Source: Gemmatimonadaceae bacterium (GTDB taxonomy: Bacteria; Gemmatimonadota; Gemmatimonadetes; Gemmatimonadales; Gemmatimonadaceae). Taken from it: a stretch of DNA of 59,163 nucleotides. The notes under the pieces were generated by a model that was not told where the DNA came from, searched no databases, and saw nothing but the letters and a program-made list of their open reading frames with translations. The position numbers and the translations under genes are program-made. The stretch spans positions 1 to 59,163 of the forward strand of contig DATMHT010000404.1 of assembly GCA_035554795.1 (NCBI GenBank), in the 5' to 3' direction. Of this stretch, positions 27,397-35,473 are shown piece by piece (positions within the stretch are counted from its first letter, which is position 1; each line of letters starts with the position of its first letter).

Positions 27397-28248
27397 ATGC
27401 GGCGCGTCATGACTCGCCGAGCCGATGTCCCGGCTGCGCCGCCGCGGGCGGCGGAGCGTGCGCTCGCCGGCCGCACGGTGCCGATCCTGATGTACCATCA
27501 GGTGAGCCCGTGGCCGGCGAAGGGATTCGAGAAGTACACGGTCACGCCACGCGCCTTCGCCGCGCAGATGCGCTGGCTCGCGCTGGCGGGGTACACGCCG
27601 GTCGGCCTCGACGCCCTGCTCGCGCACCGCGCTACCGGCGCGCCGCTGCCGCGGCGGCCGGTCGTCATCACGTTCGACGACGGCTTTGCGAGCTGCGTCG
27701 AGCACGCCGTGCCGGTCCTGCAATCCCGCGGCTTCACCGCCACGTTCTACCTGGTCGCGGGGCTGATGGGGCAGCCGAGCCGGTGGCTGTTGCGCGAGCG
27801 CGGCGTCGAGTTCCCGCTCATGGACCGGAGCGCCGCCCGCGAGCTGCAGGCAGCCGGGTTCACCTGCGGCGCGCACTCGGTGACGCACCCGCGCCTGGCG
27901 CAGCTCCCGGCGGCGGAGTGCCGCGACGAGCTACGGCGCTCGCGCGACCTGCTCGAGGAGCAGCTCGGGAGCGAGGTGGCGCACCTGGCCTACCCGTTCG
28001 GCTCCTACGACGCGCGCGTGCGCGATCTGGCGGCGGAAACCGGATATCGCTCGGCGTGCACGGTCGAGATCAGCCTCTCGGCCCCCGACGACGATCCGCT
28101 GGCGCTGCACCGCGTGCCTGTCGTCGGCTACGAGTCGCTCGCCGACTTCGCCTGCCGCCTGCGCACGGCGCGCGCGGCGTCGGAGATACTGCGGCGCGCG
28201 TGGCGGCGCGTGCGCCGGCGCCTCGTCGGCGGGAGGGCGTCGGCATGA
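27397..28248 (+). CDS. polysaccharide deacetylase (NodB homology domain, CE4)
   Basis: ITFDDG (motif 1), GAHSVTHP (motif 2) and LAYPFGSY (motif 3). Start ATG 27397 (GGGGTGAAGG upstream) or ATG 27409 (MTRRAD). Confidence 0.88.
   Translation: MRRVMTRRADVPAAPPRAAERALAGRTVPILMYHQVSPWPAKGFEKYTVTPRAFAAQMRWLALAGYTPVGLDALLAHRATGAPLPRRPVVITFDDGFASCVEHAVPVLQSRGFTATFYLVAGLMGQPSRWLLRERGVEFPLMDRSAARELQAAGFTCGAHSVTHPRLAQLPAAECRDELRRSRDLLEEQLGSEVAHLAYPFGSYDARVRDLAAETGYRSACTVEISLSAPDDDPLALHRVPVVGYESLADFACRLRTARAASEILRRAWRRVRRRLVGGRASA
27401..27432 (+). repeat. direct repeat copy 2 (start of NodB deacetylase)
   Basis: GGCGCGTCATGACTCGCCGAGCCGATGTCCCG. See copy 1 at 25002-25033, 2399 bp upstream. Confidence 0.85.
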
Positions 28249-29261
28249 GCGCCGCACCGCGCATCTCCGTCGTGATCCCCACCTACGAGCGCGGCGCGTC
28301 CGTCCGCCGCACCCTCGACGCGCTCGCGCGCCAGACGCTGCCCGCCGCCGAGTTCGAGGTCGTCGTGTCCGTCGACGGCTCGACCGATGGTACGAGCGAG
28401 ATGGTCGCCGCGTACGCGGCGCCGTACGCGCTGCGCGCCGTCGAGTCACGGACGAACCGCGGGCGCGCCGCGGCCTGCAACGCCGGCGTGCGCGAGAGCC
28501 GCGGCGCGATCGTGGTCCTGCTGGACGACGACATGGAGCCGCGTCCCGCGTTCCTCGAGGCGCACCTGGCGGCGCACGCGGGCGGCGCGCGGCGCGGCGT
28601 GCTGGGCGCGGTACCGATCGACGTGGACGCGAGCGCGTCGCCGACGGTCCGGTTCGTCGGGACGAAGTTCAACCGCCACCTCGAGTCGCTCGCCCGCAGC
28701 GGAGAGATCGGCGTCCGCGCCTTCTACAGCGGGAACTTCTCCATCCCCCGCGACCTGCTGCTCGAGGTGGGTGGGTACGACGAGTCGTTCCACGTCTACG
28801 GCAACGAGGACGTCGACCTCGCCGCGCGCCTGCTCGCGGCCGGCGTCGCGCTCGCGTACAGCGCGGAGGCGGTGGCGGGCCAGCACTACGAGAAGGACGT
28901 GGCGGGCCTCGCGCGCGACCACGTCGCGAAGGGGATGACCGCCGTGCTGTGCGCGCGCAAGCACCCGGAGATGATCGCGCGCCTGCGCATCGGCACGTTC
29001 CGCCAGGGCTCGCGCAAGTGGCGCCTCGCCCGGGCGGCGCTGCTCGCGGTGAGCGACTCGTCGGGGCGCGTGCCGGGCGCGGCGATCGCGCTCCTGCGGT
29101 GGGCCGAGCGCCACCGGCCGGCGGAGCTGCTGCGCTACTACCCGCTCGCGCTCGACTACTTCTTCTGGTGCGGCGTCCGGCGGGCGCTGCGGGAGGGCGG
29201 CGGGGAGCAGCCCGTCGTCGCCGCGATCTTCGGGCGCCCGACCGGGGGACGGTTCGCATGA
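28245..29261 (+). CDS. family-2 glycosyltransferase (paralogue of the 20362 GT2 domain)
   Basis: ATGA overlap. SVVIPTYERG...VVVSVDGSTDGT...LLDDD. The C-terminal FFWCGVRRAL matches YCYWRGVRRAL in the 20362 product. Confidence 0.85.
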   Translation: MSAAPRISVVIPTYERGASVRRTLDALARQTLPAAEFEVVVSVDGSTDGTSEMVAAYAAPYALRAVESRTNRGRAAACNAGVRESRGAIVVLLDDDMEPRPAFLEAHLAAHAGGARRGVLGAVPIDVDASASPTVRFVGTKFNRHLESLARSGEIGVRAFYSGNFSIPRDLLLEVGGYDESFHVYGNEDVDLAARLLAAGVALAYSAEAVAGQHYEKDVAGLARDHVAKGMTAVLCARKHPEMIARLRIGTFRQGSRKWRLARAALLAVSDSSGRVPGAAIALLRWAERHRPAELLRYYPLALDYFFWCGVRRALREGGGEQPVVAAIFGRPTGGRFA

Positions 29262-32116
29262 GGCGCACCGTCGTGCACTACACCGACTCGACGGTGTTCG
29301 GCGGGGCGGAGCAGATGCTCTTCACGCTGCTGGCCGCGCTCGACCGGCGGCGGTGGCGCCCGGTTCTGATCCACCACGACGCGCGGGGCGCCACGCCGAT
29401 CGGCGAGCGCGCTCGGGCGCTCGACGTGGAGGTGCGCTGCCTGCCGCGGCCGCGGCGCACCCTGCTCGTGCGCGAGCTGCACACCTTCGCGCGCGCGATC
29501 CGCGCAGAGCGCGCGTCGGTCTTCCACGCCCACCTCGGCTGGCCGCTGCGCTGCTCGCGGGCCCTGCTCGGCGCGCGCCTCGCGCGCGTGCCGGCGGTCG
29601 TGGCCACGCAGCAGCTGTTCAGCGGGGCGTGGGTCCGCCGGTACGAGTCCGCCGGACGGCACCGCCTCGTGTCGACGGCCGTCGACCGCTACATCGCGGT
29701 CTCGCGCGCGATCGCCGACGAGATGCAGCCGTTCTGCGTGCGCCGCGACCGGCAAGTCACGGTCGTCTACAACGCCGTCGACCCGTCGCGGATCACGACG
29801 CCCGCGAGCGCGAGGGCGCACGAGGCGTGCGGCGGCCGCCCCACGATCCTGACCCTCGCGCGCCTGGAGGAGCAGAAGGGGCTCGAGCACCTGGTCGCCG
29901 CGGCGGCGCTGGTGCCCGAGGCGACGTTCGTGGTGGCCGGCGAGGGACGCGAGCGCGCGTCCCTCGAGGCGCGCGCGCGGGAGGCAGGCGTCGCGGACCG
30001 CGTGCGGTTCGTCGGCCACCGGTCCGACGTGCCGGAGCTGCTCGCCGCCTGCGACCTGTTCGTGCTGCCCTCGTTGGTCGAGGGGAGCCCGATCTCGGTG
30101 ATGGAGGCGATGGCCGCGGGACGGCCCGTCGTCGCCACCGACATCGGCGGCACCAACGAAGTTGTCCTCGACGGCGCCACCGGCCTCCTCGTCCCGCCGG
30201 CCGATCCGGAGGCGTTGGCCATGGCGATCCGCGCGGTGCTCGGCGACGCCGAGCTGCGCGACCGACTCGGCGCGGCGGGTCGCGAGCGCGCGCGGCGCGA
30301 GTTCTCCGCCGAGGCGATGGCCGCGCAGGTGTCGACCGTGTACGAGGAGCTTCTGGAGGTGGTCGGTGACGCCGCATCGCGTGAGCGCCCCGCCGCGACC
30401 GCCGCGCACGCAGCGCCCCGCGAAGCGCAGAGCGAGCTCTCGGCTCCGGTGTCGGTGCGCGGGGGCGGATGCGCGAGCCTGCCCGAGGAGCGCCGCAACG
30501 CGCGGCTGCGGCGCGCCGACTGGCGCTTCCTGCTCCCACAGCCGCGCGTGGAGCGCGCGGTCTGCTTCGCCCACGGCGCGCTCGCCGACGCGGCGCGCAC
30601 CTTCGCCGACCGGGTCTGGCAGGCGGCCGGCGCGAGCCCGAGCGATCTCCCGGCCGACGGCACCTGCGAGCTCGCCGTCGCCGCCGATCCCGACGACCGC
30701 GTCCTGCGCGCCGCCGCGCGGGCGCTCGAGGACGGAGGCGCGTGCTACACCGAGTGGCGCGGCTCCCGCTGGCAGTCGCCGGCGCGCGTGCGCGCGCGGC
30801 TCCATGCGGCCGGCTTCGAGCGCGCCGCGTGCTACGCGGTCCGCCCCGGCCCCGACGAGGCGCAACCGCTCGTGTGGGCTTCGCTCGACACGCGCGCCGC
30901 CGCGACCGACTTCCTGGCGCGGCTGCCGCAGGCGCGCACACGACGGAGCCGCCTGCGCCGGCGGTTGCGGCACGCGCTCTGGCTCGTCGCCCCCGCGCTG
31001 CGCACCGCGCCGTTCATCTGCGCCGTGGCGCGGAAGCGGGGCGCCGTCGGCCGCGGCGAGAGCCCGCGCCGCGCCGGCACCCAGCGCCGCGACGAGGGGC
31101 GGCCGGACTCGCTGCGCGAGACGATCCGCAGCGAATGGAGCGCCTGGGGGCTCGGGGACACGCCCCCACGACTGGGCTGGACGCTGCTCACCGGCGGGCG
31201 GCGGAGTATCAACAAGGTGGTGGCGCTCGCGTTCTCCGACCGCGACACCGTCCCACGCGTCGCGCTGAAGATCGCGCGCGTCCCGGAGTCGCACGCCTCG
31301 CTGCGCAACGAGGCGTGCGCGCTCGAGGCGCTCCGACGCGTGCGCCCGGACGGTCTCGCCGGCGTGCCGCGCCTGCTGCTCTGCCGCGCCGACGCGGACA
31401 CGGTCGTCGTGGCCGAGACAGCGCTGCGCGGCCGGCCGCTCGCGACGCTGCTGCGCGACCAGCCCGACGCGCTCGCCGCGCGCGCGACCGACTGGCTGCT
31501 GCAATTGGTCGTGGAGGGCGACGCGCGGCGGGCGGCCGACCGCCGGCGGCGCATCGTCGACCCGGTCGTCGCGGAGTTCGAGGCATCGTTCGGGTCCGTC
31601 GTCGACCGCGCCATGCTGCGCGACGCGGTCGCCTCGCTCGCCACGCTCGGCGAGCTGGACGCGCTGCCCGTGACGCACGAGCAGCGCGACTTCGCGCCCT
31701 GGAACCTGCTCGTCGGCGACGACGGCGGGCTCGTGGTGCTCGACTGGGAGTCGTCGGAGCCGCTCGGGCTGCCGCTGCTCGACCTGGTGTACTTCCTCGC
31801 GCACTTCGCCTTCGACCTCGCACGCGCCTATGACCTCCGCTCGCGGCGGGAGGCCCATCGGGCCGTGCTCGATCCGGCGACGCGGATGGGCGCGCTCGCG
31901 CACGCGTGCGTCGGCTGGTACGGACAGCGCGTCGCGCTTCCGGCGGAGGCGGTGCGGCCACTCCGGCTGCTGACCTGGATGCTGCACTCGCGCTCGGAGT
32001 ACCGCCAGCTCTGCGCGGAGACGGCGCGGGGCGGTGTGCCCGACGCGGAGGCGCTGCGCCGCAGCCTCTTTCTCGCCCTCTGGGAGGACGAGATGCGGCA
32101 CGGGCGAGAGAGCTGA
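29258..32116 (+). CDS. fusion protein: GT4 glycosyltransferase + central uncharacterised (methyltransferase-fold-like?) region + C-terminal APH/choline-kinase-like phosphotransferase domain
   Basis: 952 aa in a single frame with no in-frame stop; ATGA overlap with the upstream gene. GT4 E-x7-E (VEGSPISVMEAMAAGRP). The C-terminus has kinase catalytic-loop-like HEQRDFAPWNLLV and metal-binding VVLDWES motifs. Confidence 0.75.
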   Translation: MRRTVVHYTDSTVFGGAEQMLFTLLAALDRRRWRPVLIHHDARGATPIGERARALDVEVRCLPRPRRTLLVRELHTFARAIRAERASVFHAHLGWPLRCSRALLGARLARVPAVVATQQLFSGAWVRRYESAGRHRLVSTAVDRYIAVSRAIADEMQPFCVRRDRQVTVVYNAVDPSRITTPASARAHEACGGRPTILTLARLEEQKGLEHLVAAAALVPEATFVVAGEGRERASLEARAREAGVADRVRFVGHRSDVPELLAACDLFVLPSLVEGSPISVMEAMAAGRPVVATDIGGTNEVVLDGATGLLVPPADPEALAMAIRAVLGDAELRDRLGAAGRERARREFSAEAMAAQVSTVYEELLEVVGDAASRERPAATAAHAAPREAQSELSAPVSVRGGGCASLPEERRNARLRRADWRFLLPQPRVERAVCFAHGALADAARTFADRVWQAAGASPSDLPADGTCELAVAADPDDRVLRAAARALEDGGACYTEWRGSRWQSPARVRARLHAAGFERAACYAVRPGPDEAQPLVWASLDTRAAATDFLARLPQARTRRSRLRRRLRHALWLVAPALRTAPFICAVARKRGAVGRGESPRRAGTQRRDEGRPDSLRETIRSEWSAWGLGDTPPRLGWTLLTGGRRSINKVVALAFSDRDTVPRVALKIARVPESHASLRNEACALEALRRVRPDGLAGVPRLLLCRADADTVVVAETALRGRPLATLLRDQPDALAARATDWLLQLVVEGDARRAADRRRRIVDPVVAEFEASFGSVVDRAMLRDAVASLATLGELDALPVTHEQRDFAPWNLLVGDDGGLVVLDWESSEPLGLPLLDLVYFLAHFAFDLARAYDLRSRREAHRAVLDPATRMGALAHACVGWYGQRVALPAEAVRPLRLLTWMLHSRSEYRQLCAETARGGVPDAEALRRSLFLALWEDEMRHGRES

Positions 32117-32122
32117 CGGGAG

Positions 32123-33313
32123 ATGCACATGCGCCCCACGGTCATCGTCATCACGGATCGGACGCTCTTTCCGCAGCGCGCGGGGAACGTCGCGCGCATC
32201 GTCTCGCTCATCCGCGGACTGCGCGCGACGGGTCATCGCGTGGTGCTCGTCGCGCGGCGTATCGAGGGGCGATTCTCACCCCTGCTGCCGTCCGTGAATC
32301 GCACGCTCCGAACGCACCTCCTCGTGGACCGCTACCTGCCCGTCCGCGCGGCGCGGTTCGTGTCCGGCCCACTCGAATACGACTGCTCGCCGTACCTGCC
32401 GGAGGTCTCGCGCGCGGTGCGGACGTACGACCCCGTCTGCGTGATCGCCGAGTACGCCTGGATGGCGCCCTGCCTCGACGCGGTGACGAACGGCGCGCTG
32501 ACGGCGGTGGACACGCACGACCTGATGCACGTCCGCGCCGGCATGTACGGGGTGGTCCACGGCGGCGCCTGGCTCGACTGCACGCGCGACGAGGAGGCGC
32601 GGGCGCTCGGCCACGCGGACGTGGTCATCGCGATCCAGCGGCACGAGCAGCGCGAGTTCCAGTCGATGCTGCCCGGGCGCCGCGTCATCTGCGTGCCCCA
32701 CCTCTGCGAGCCCGTCGCCGCGCCGGCCGCGGCGAGCGCGCCGGGAGACGTCGTCGTCTTCGTTGGGAGCACGAACGCCGGCAATCGCGACGGCCTCGAG
32801 GCGTTCGTTCGCGACGCGTGGCCGGCGGTCCGCCGCGCGCGTCCCGGCGCGGAGTTCCACGTCTACGGCGACACCGCGCGCCGCCTGCGCGACGCGGGGG
32901 TCGACGGCGTGGACGGCGTGCGCTGCGTGGGATACACGCGACGGCTCGCCGACGCGTACGCCAGCGCCGCGGTCGTGATCAACCCCGTCCGCCTCGGCAC
33001 GGGCCTCAAGATCAAGACGGTGGAGGCGCTGGCGTTCCGGAAGGCGGTCGTGACCACGTCGTGCGGCGCGGCCGGGATCGAGGAGGGCACCGGGTCCGCG
33101 TTCGTGCTGGAAGACCAGATGCCGGAGTTCGGCGAGGCCGTCGCGCGGCTGCTCGCGGACGCCGACGCGCGCGCGGCCCTCGGGCGCGAGGCGGCGGCGT
33201 TCGTGAGCGCGCGCTTCGCCCCGCCCGCTGCGCTCCGCGAGCTGCTGGACGCCGTGGCGTCGTGCGCGGCGGCCCGCCGCGCGGCGCCCGCCGCCGAACG
33301 GAGGGCGTCGTGA
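32123..33313 (+). CDS. GT-B fold glycosyltransferase (GT4/Glyco_trans_1_2-like)
   Basis: 396 aa. VVFVGSTNAGNRDGL ... VINPVRLGTGLKIKTVEALAFRKAVVTT is typical of group-1-like glycosyltransferases. Confidence 0.65.
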   Translation: MHMRPTVIVITDRTLFPQRAGNVARIVSLIRGLRATGHRVVLVARRIEGRFSPLLPSVNRTLRTHLLVDRYLPVRAARFVSGPLEYDCSPYLPEVSRAVRTYDPVCVIAEYAWMAPCLDAVTNGALTAVDTHDLMHVRAGMYGVVHGGAWLDCTRDEEARALGHADVVIAIQRHEQREFQSMLPGRRVICVPHLCEPVAAPAAASAPGDVVVFVGSTNAGNRDGLEAFVRDAWPAVRRARPGAEFHVYGDTARRLRDAGVDGVDGVRCVGYTRRLADAYASAAVVINPVRLGTGLKIKTVEALAFRKAVVTTSCGAAGIEEGTGSAFVLEDQMPEFGEAVARLLADADARAALGREAAAFVSARFAPPAALRELLDAVASCAAARRAAPAAERRAS

Positions 33314-34404
33314 TGCGCGTCCTGGCGCACCCGGCGTTCGCGAACCGCGAGCGCAACCCGTACAACGCGCTGCTGTACGAGCACCTCGCCGACGCCGGCG
33401 TCGATGTGCGCGAGTTCACGCGCGACGCGCTCCTGCGCGGGCGCTACGACGTCTGGCACATGCACTGGCCCGAGGGCTCGATCAACCACCGCGGCGTCGC
33501 GCACGCGGTGCGCAAGTCGCTGGCGCTGCTCGCGCTGGTCTGGCTCGCCCGCCGGCGCGGAACGCGGATCGTGTGGACGGTCCACAATCTGTCCTCGCAC
33601 GACCGCCGCTTCCCGCGCATCGAGGGGTGGTTCTGGCGCGGCTTCGTGCGGCAGCTGGACGGCGTGATCCACCTCAGTCGCGCCGGCCAGCGCGAGGCGT
33701 TGCGCCGCTACCCGGCGCTGCGGCGGGCCGCGCACTTCGTGATCCCGCACGGTCATTACCGCGCCGCCTATCCCAACGACGTCACGCGCGCCGAAGCGCG
33801 CGAGCGCCTCGGCATCGCGCCGGACGCGCGCGTCGTGGCGTTCGTCGGCCAGGTGCGCGCGTACAAGAACGTGCCCGAGCTCGTCGTGGCCGCGCGTGCG
33901 CTGCCCGACGCCGACGTGGTGGCGCTCGTCTGTGGCAAGCCGGCGTCGGCGGCGCTGGGCGACGAGCTCCGCGCGCTCGCCGGCGACGACGCGCGCGTCC
34001 GCCTGTACCTCGCGCCGATCGCCGCGACGGAGATGCAGCTCTTCGTGAACGCCGCCGACCTCGTGGTGCTGCCGTACCGCGACGTGCTGAACTCGGGCGC
34101 CGCGCTGCTCGCGCTCTCCTTCGACCGCCCGGTGCTGGTGCCGAACGCCGGCGCGCTCGCCGAGCTGCAGCAGCTCGTCGGCCCGGGCTGGGTCCGCACG
34201 TACGACGGCCCGGTCACGGCGCAGGAGCTCGACCACGCGCTGGCGTGGAGTCGCGATCAGCGCGCGGCCGCCGGCGGCCGCGCGCCGCTCGACGCGCTCG
34301 ACTGGGAGGTGCTCGCGCGCGAGACGGCCAGTGCGTACGCGCGGGTCGTCGCCCGGCGCGACCGCCGCGCCGCGGTCGAGCGCCTCGCCCCCGAGGTACC
34401 GTGA
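33313..34404 (+). CDS. GT-B fold glycosyltransferase (group 1-like)
   Basis: 363 aa. The ATG shares 1 nt with the upstream stop (TGATG). HMHWPE / VWTVHNL N-terminal motifs and VVLPYRDVLNSGAALLALSFDRPVLV C-terminal region. Confidence 0.6.
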   Translation: MRVLAHPAFANRERNPYNALLYEHLADAGVDVREFTRDALLRGRYDVWHMHWPEGSINHRGVAHAVRKSLALLALVWLARRRGTRIVWTVHNLSSHDRRFPRIEGWFWRGFVRQLDGVIHLSRAGQREALRRYPALRRAAHFVIPHGHYRAAYPNDVTRAEARERLGIAPDARVVAFVGQVRAYKNVPELVVAARALPDADVVALVCGKPASAALGDELRALAGDDARVRLYLAPIAATEMQLFVNAADLVVLPYRDVLNSGAALLALSFDRPVLVPNAGALAELQQLVGPGWVRTYDGPVTAQELDHALAWSRDQRAAAGGRAPLDALDWEVLARETASAYARVVARRDRRAAVERLAPEVP

Positions 34405-35471
34405 TGACGACGAGGACGACGACGATGCCGACGGCGGCCGAACGCGGGGGCGACGGGACTCCGATCGCCACGGAGCTGGTGTCGGTCGTGACGCCGTGCC
34501 GCGACGCGGCGCCCTGGGTCGCCGAGACGATCCGCTCGGTGCTCGCCCAGCGTCACCCGGCGGTGGAGCACATCGTCGTGGACGACGCGTCGCGCGACGG
34601 GAGCTGGGAGGCGATCGCGGCATTCGGCGACCGCGTGCGCGCCGTGCGGCTCGACCGCAACGTCGGCGGCGGCGCGGCGCGCAACCACGGCGCGTCGCTC
34701 GCCCGCGGGACGTACGTGATGTTCCTCGACGCGGACGACGTGCTCGCGCCCGACGCGCTCGCGTCGCTGGTGGCCGCGCTGCGCGCGGGCGGCGGCGACC
34801 TGGCCGCGTGCCGCTGGTCGCGCCTGAGAGCGGACCGGCGGGGGCGATGGAGCGCGGTGTCGCCCCACGTCCCGCAGCCGCGCGCGGGCGGCGCGAACCT
34901 GCTGCGCGCCTGGCTCGAGGGCGCGTGGATCCCGCCGTGCGCGCTCCTCTGGCGCCGCGCGTCGTACGATCGCACGGGTGGCTGGGACGAGCGGCTCGCG
35001 GCGAACCAGGACGGCGACCTCGTGCTCCGCGCGCTGCTGCTCGGGCAGCGCCTCGTCGTCGCCGAGGGTGGGCACGCCTTCTACCGCGCCCACGACGGGC
35101 CGTCGGTCGGCACCGACCACGCCGACGTCCGGAAGCTCGCGTCGCGCCTCGCGGTGCTCGAGAAGGTCGAGGGACTCCTCGCGGCCAGCGGCGGGCTCGA
35201 CGAGTCGCGCCGCTCGCTCGGCGTCGCCTACCAGCGGCTGGCCCTCTTCGCCTTCCCGACCGACCGCGCCTTCGCGCGCCGCTGCCTGGAGCACGGAGAG
35301 CGGCTCGCCGGCCGGCGCGCCGTCGTCTCGCGCACCCGCGCGGGACGACTCGCGTGTCGCGTCCTGGGGCTCGAGCGCAAGGAGCGACTGGCGGCATGGT
35401 TCGCCGCTCGCGGTCTCGCCACGCGCGTGCGCCGTCGCGCCTCGCGCACGCCGTCACCTCTGCCCGAGTGA
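34404..35471 (+). CDS. family-2 glycosyltransferase
   Basis: 355 aa with TGATG junction. VSVVTPCRDAAPWVAETIRSVLAQ, IVVDDASRDGS and FLDADD motifs. Confidence 0.8.
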   Translation: MTTRTTTMPTAAERGGDGTPIATELVSVVTPCRDAAPWVAETIRSVLAQRHPAVEHIVVDDASRDGSWEAIAAFGDRVRAVRLDRNVGGGAARNHGASLARGTYVMFLDADDVLAPDALASLVAALRAGGGDLAACRWSRLRADRRGRWSAVSPHVPQPRAGGANLLRAWLEGAWIPPCALLWRRASYDRTGGWDERLAANQDGDLVLRALLLGQRLVVAEGGHAFYRAHDGPSVGTDHADVRKLASRLAVLEKVEGLLAASGGLDESRRSLGVAYQRLALFAFPTDRAFARRCLEHGERLAGRRAVVSRTRAGRLACRVLGLERKERLAAWFAARGLATRVRRRASRTPSPLPE

Positions 35472-35473
35472 CC

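Noticed and set aside
24991-27400. Calling the PIG-L/FN3 insertion a mobile element
   Set aside because: Direct repeats flank it, but there is no transposase, integrase, terminal inverted repeat or tRNA target. I report it as an insertion/duplication scar, not as an annotated mobile element.
29258-32116. Splitting the GT4-kinase ORF into two genes
   Set aside because: There is no in-frame stop anywhere between the GT4 domain and the kinase-like domain, and GC3 bias is continuous. Only a sequencing error could separate them, so I kept it as a fusion and flagged it for verification.
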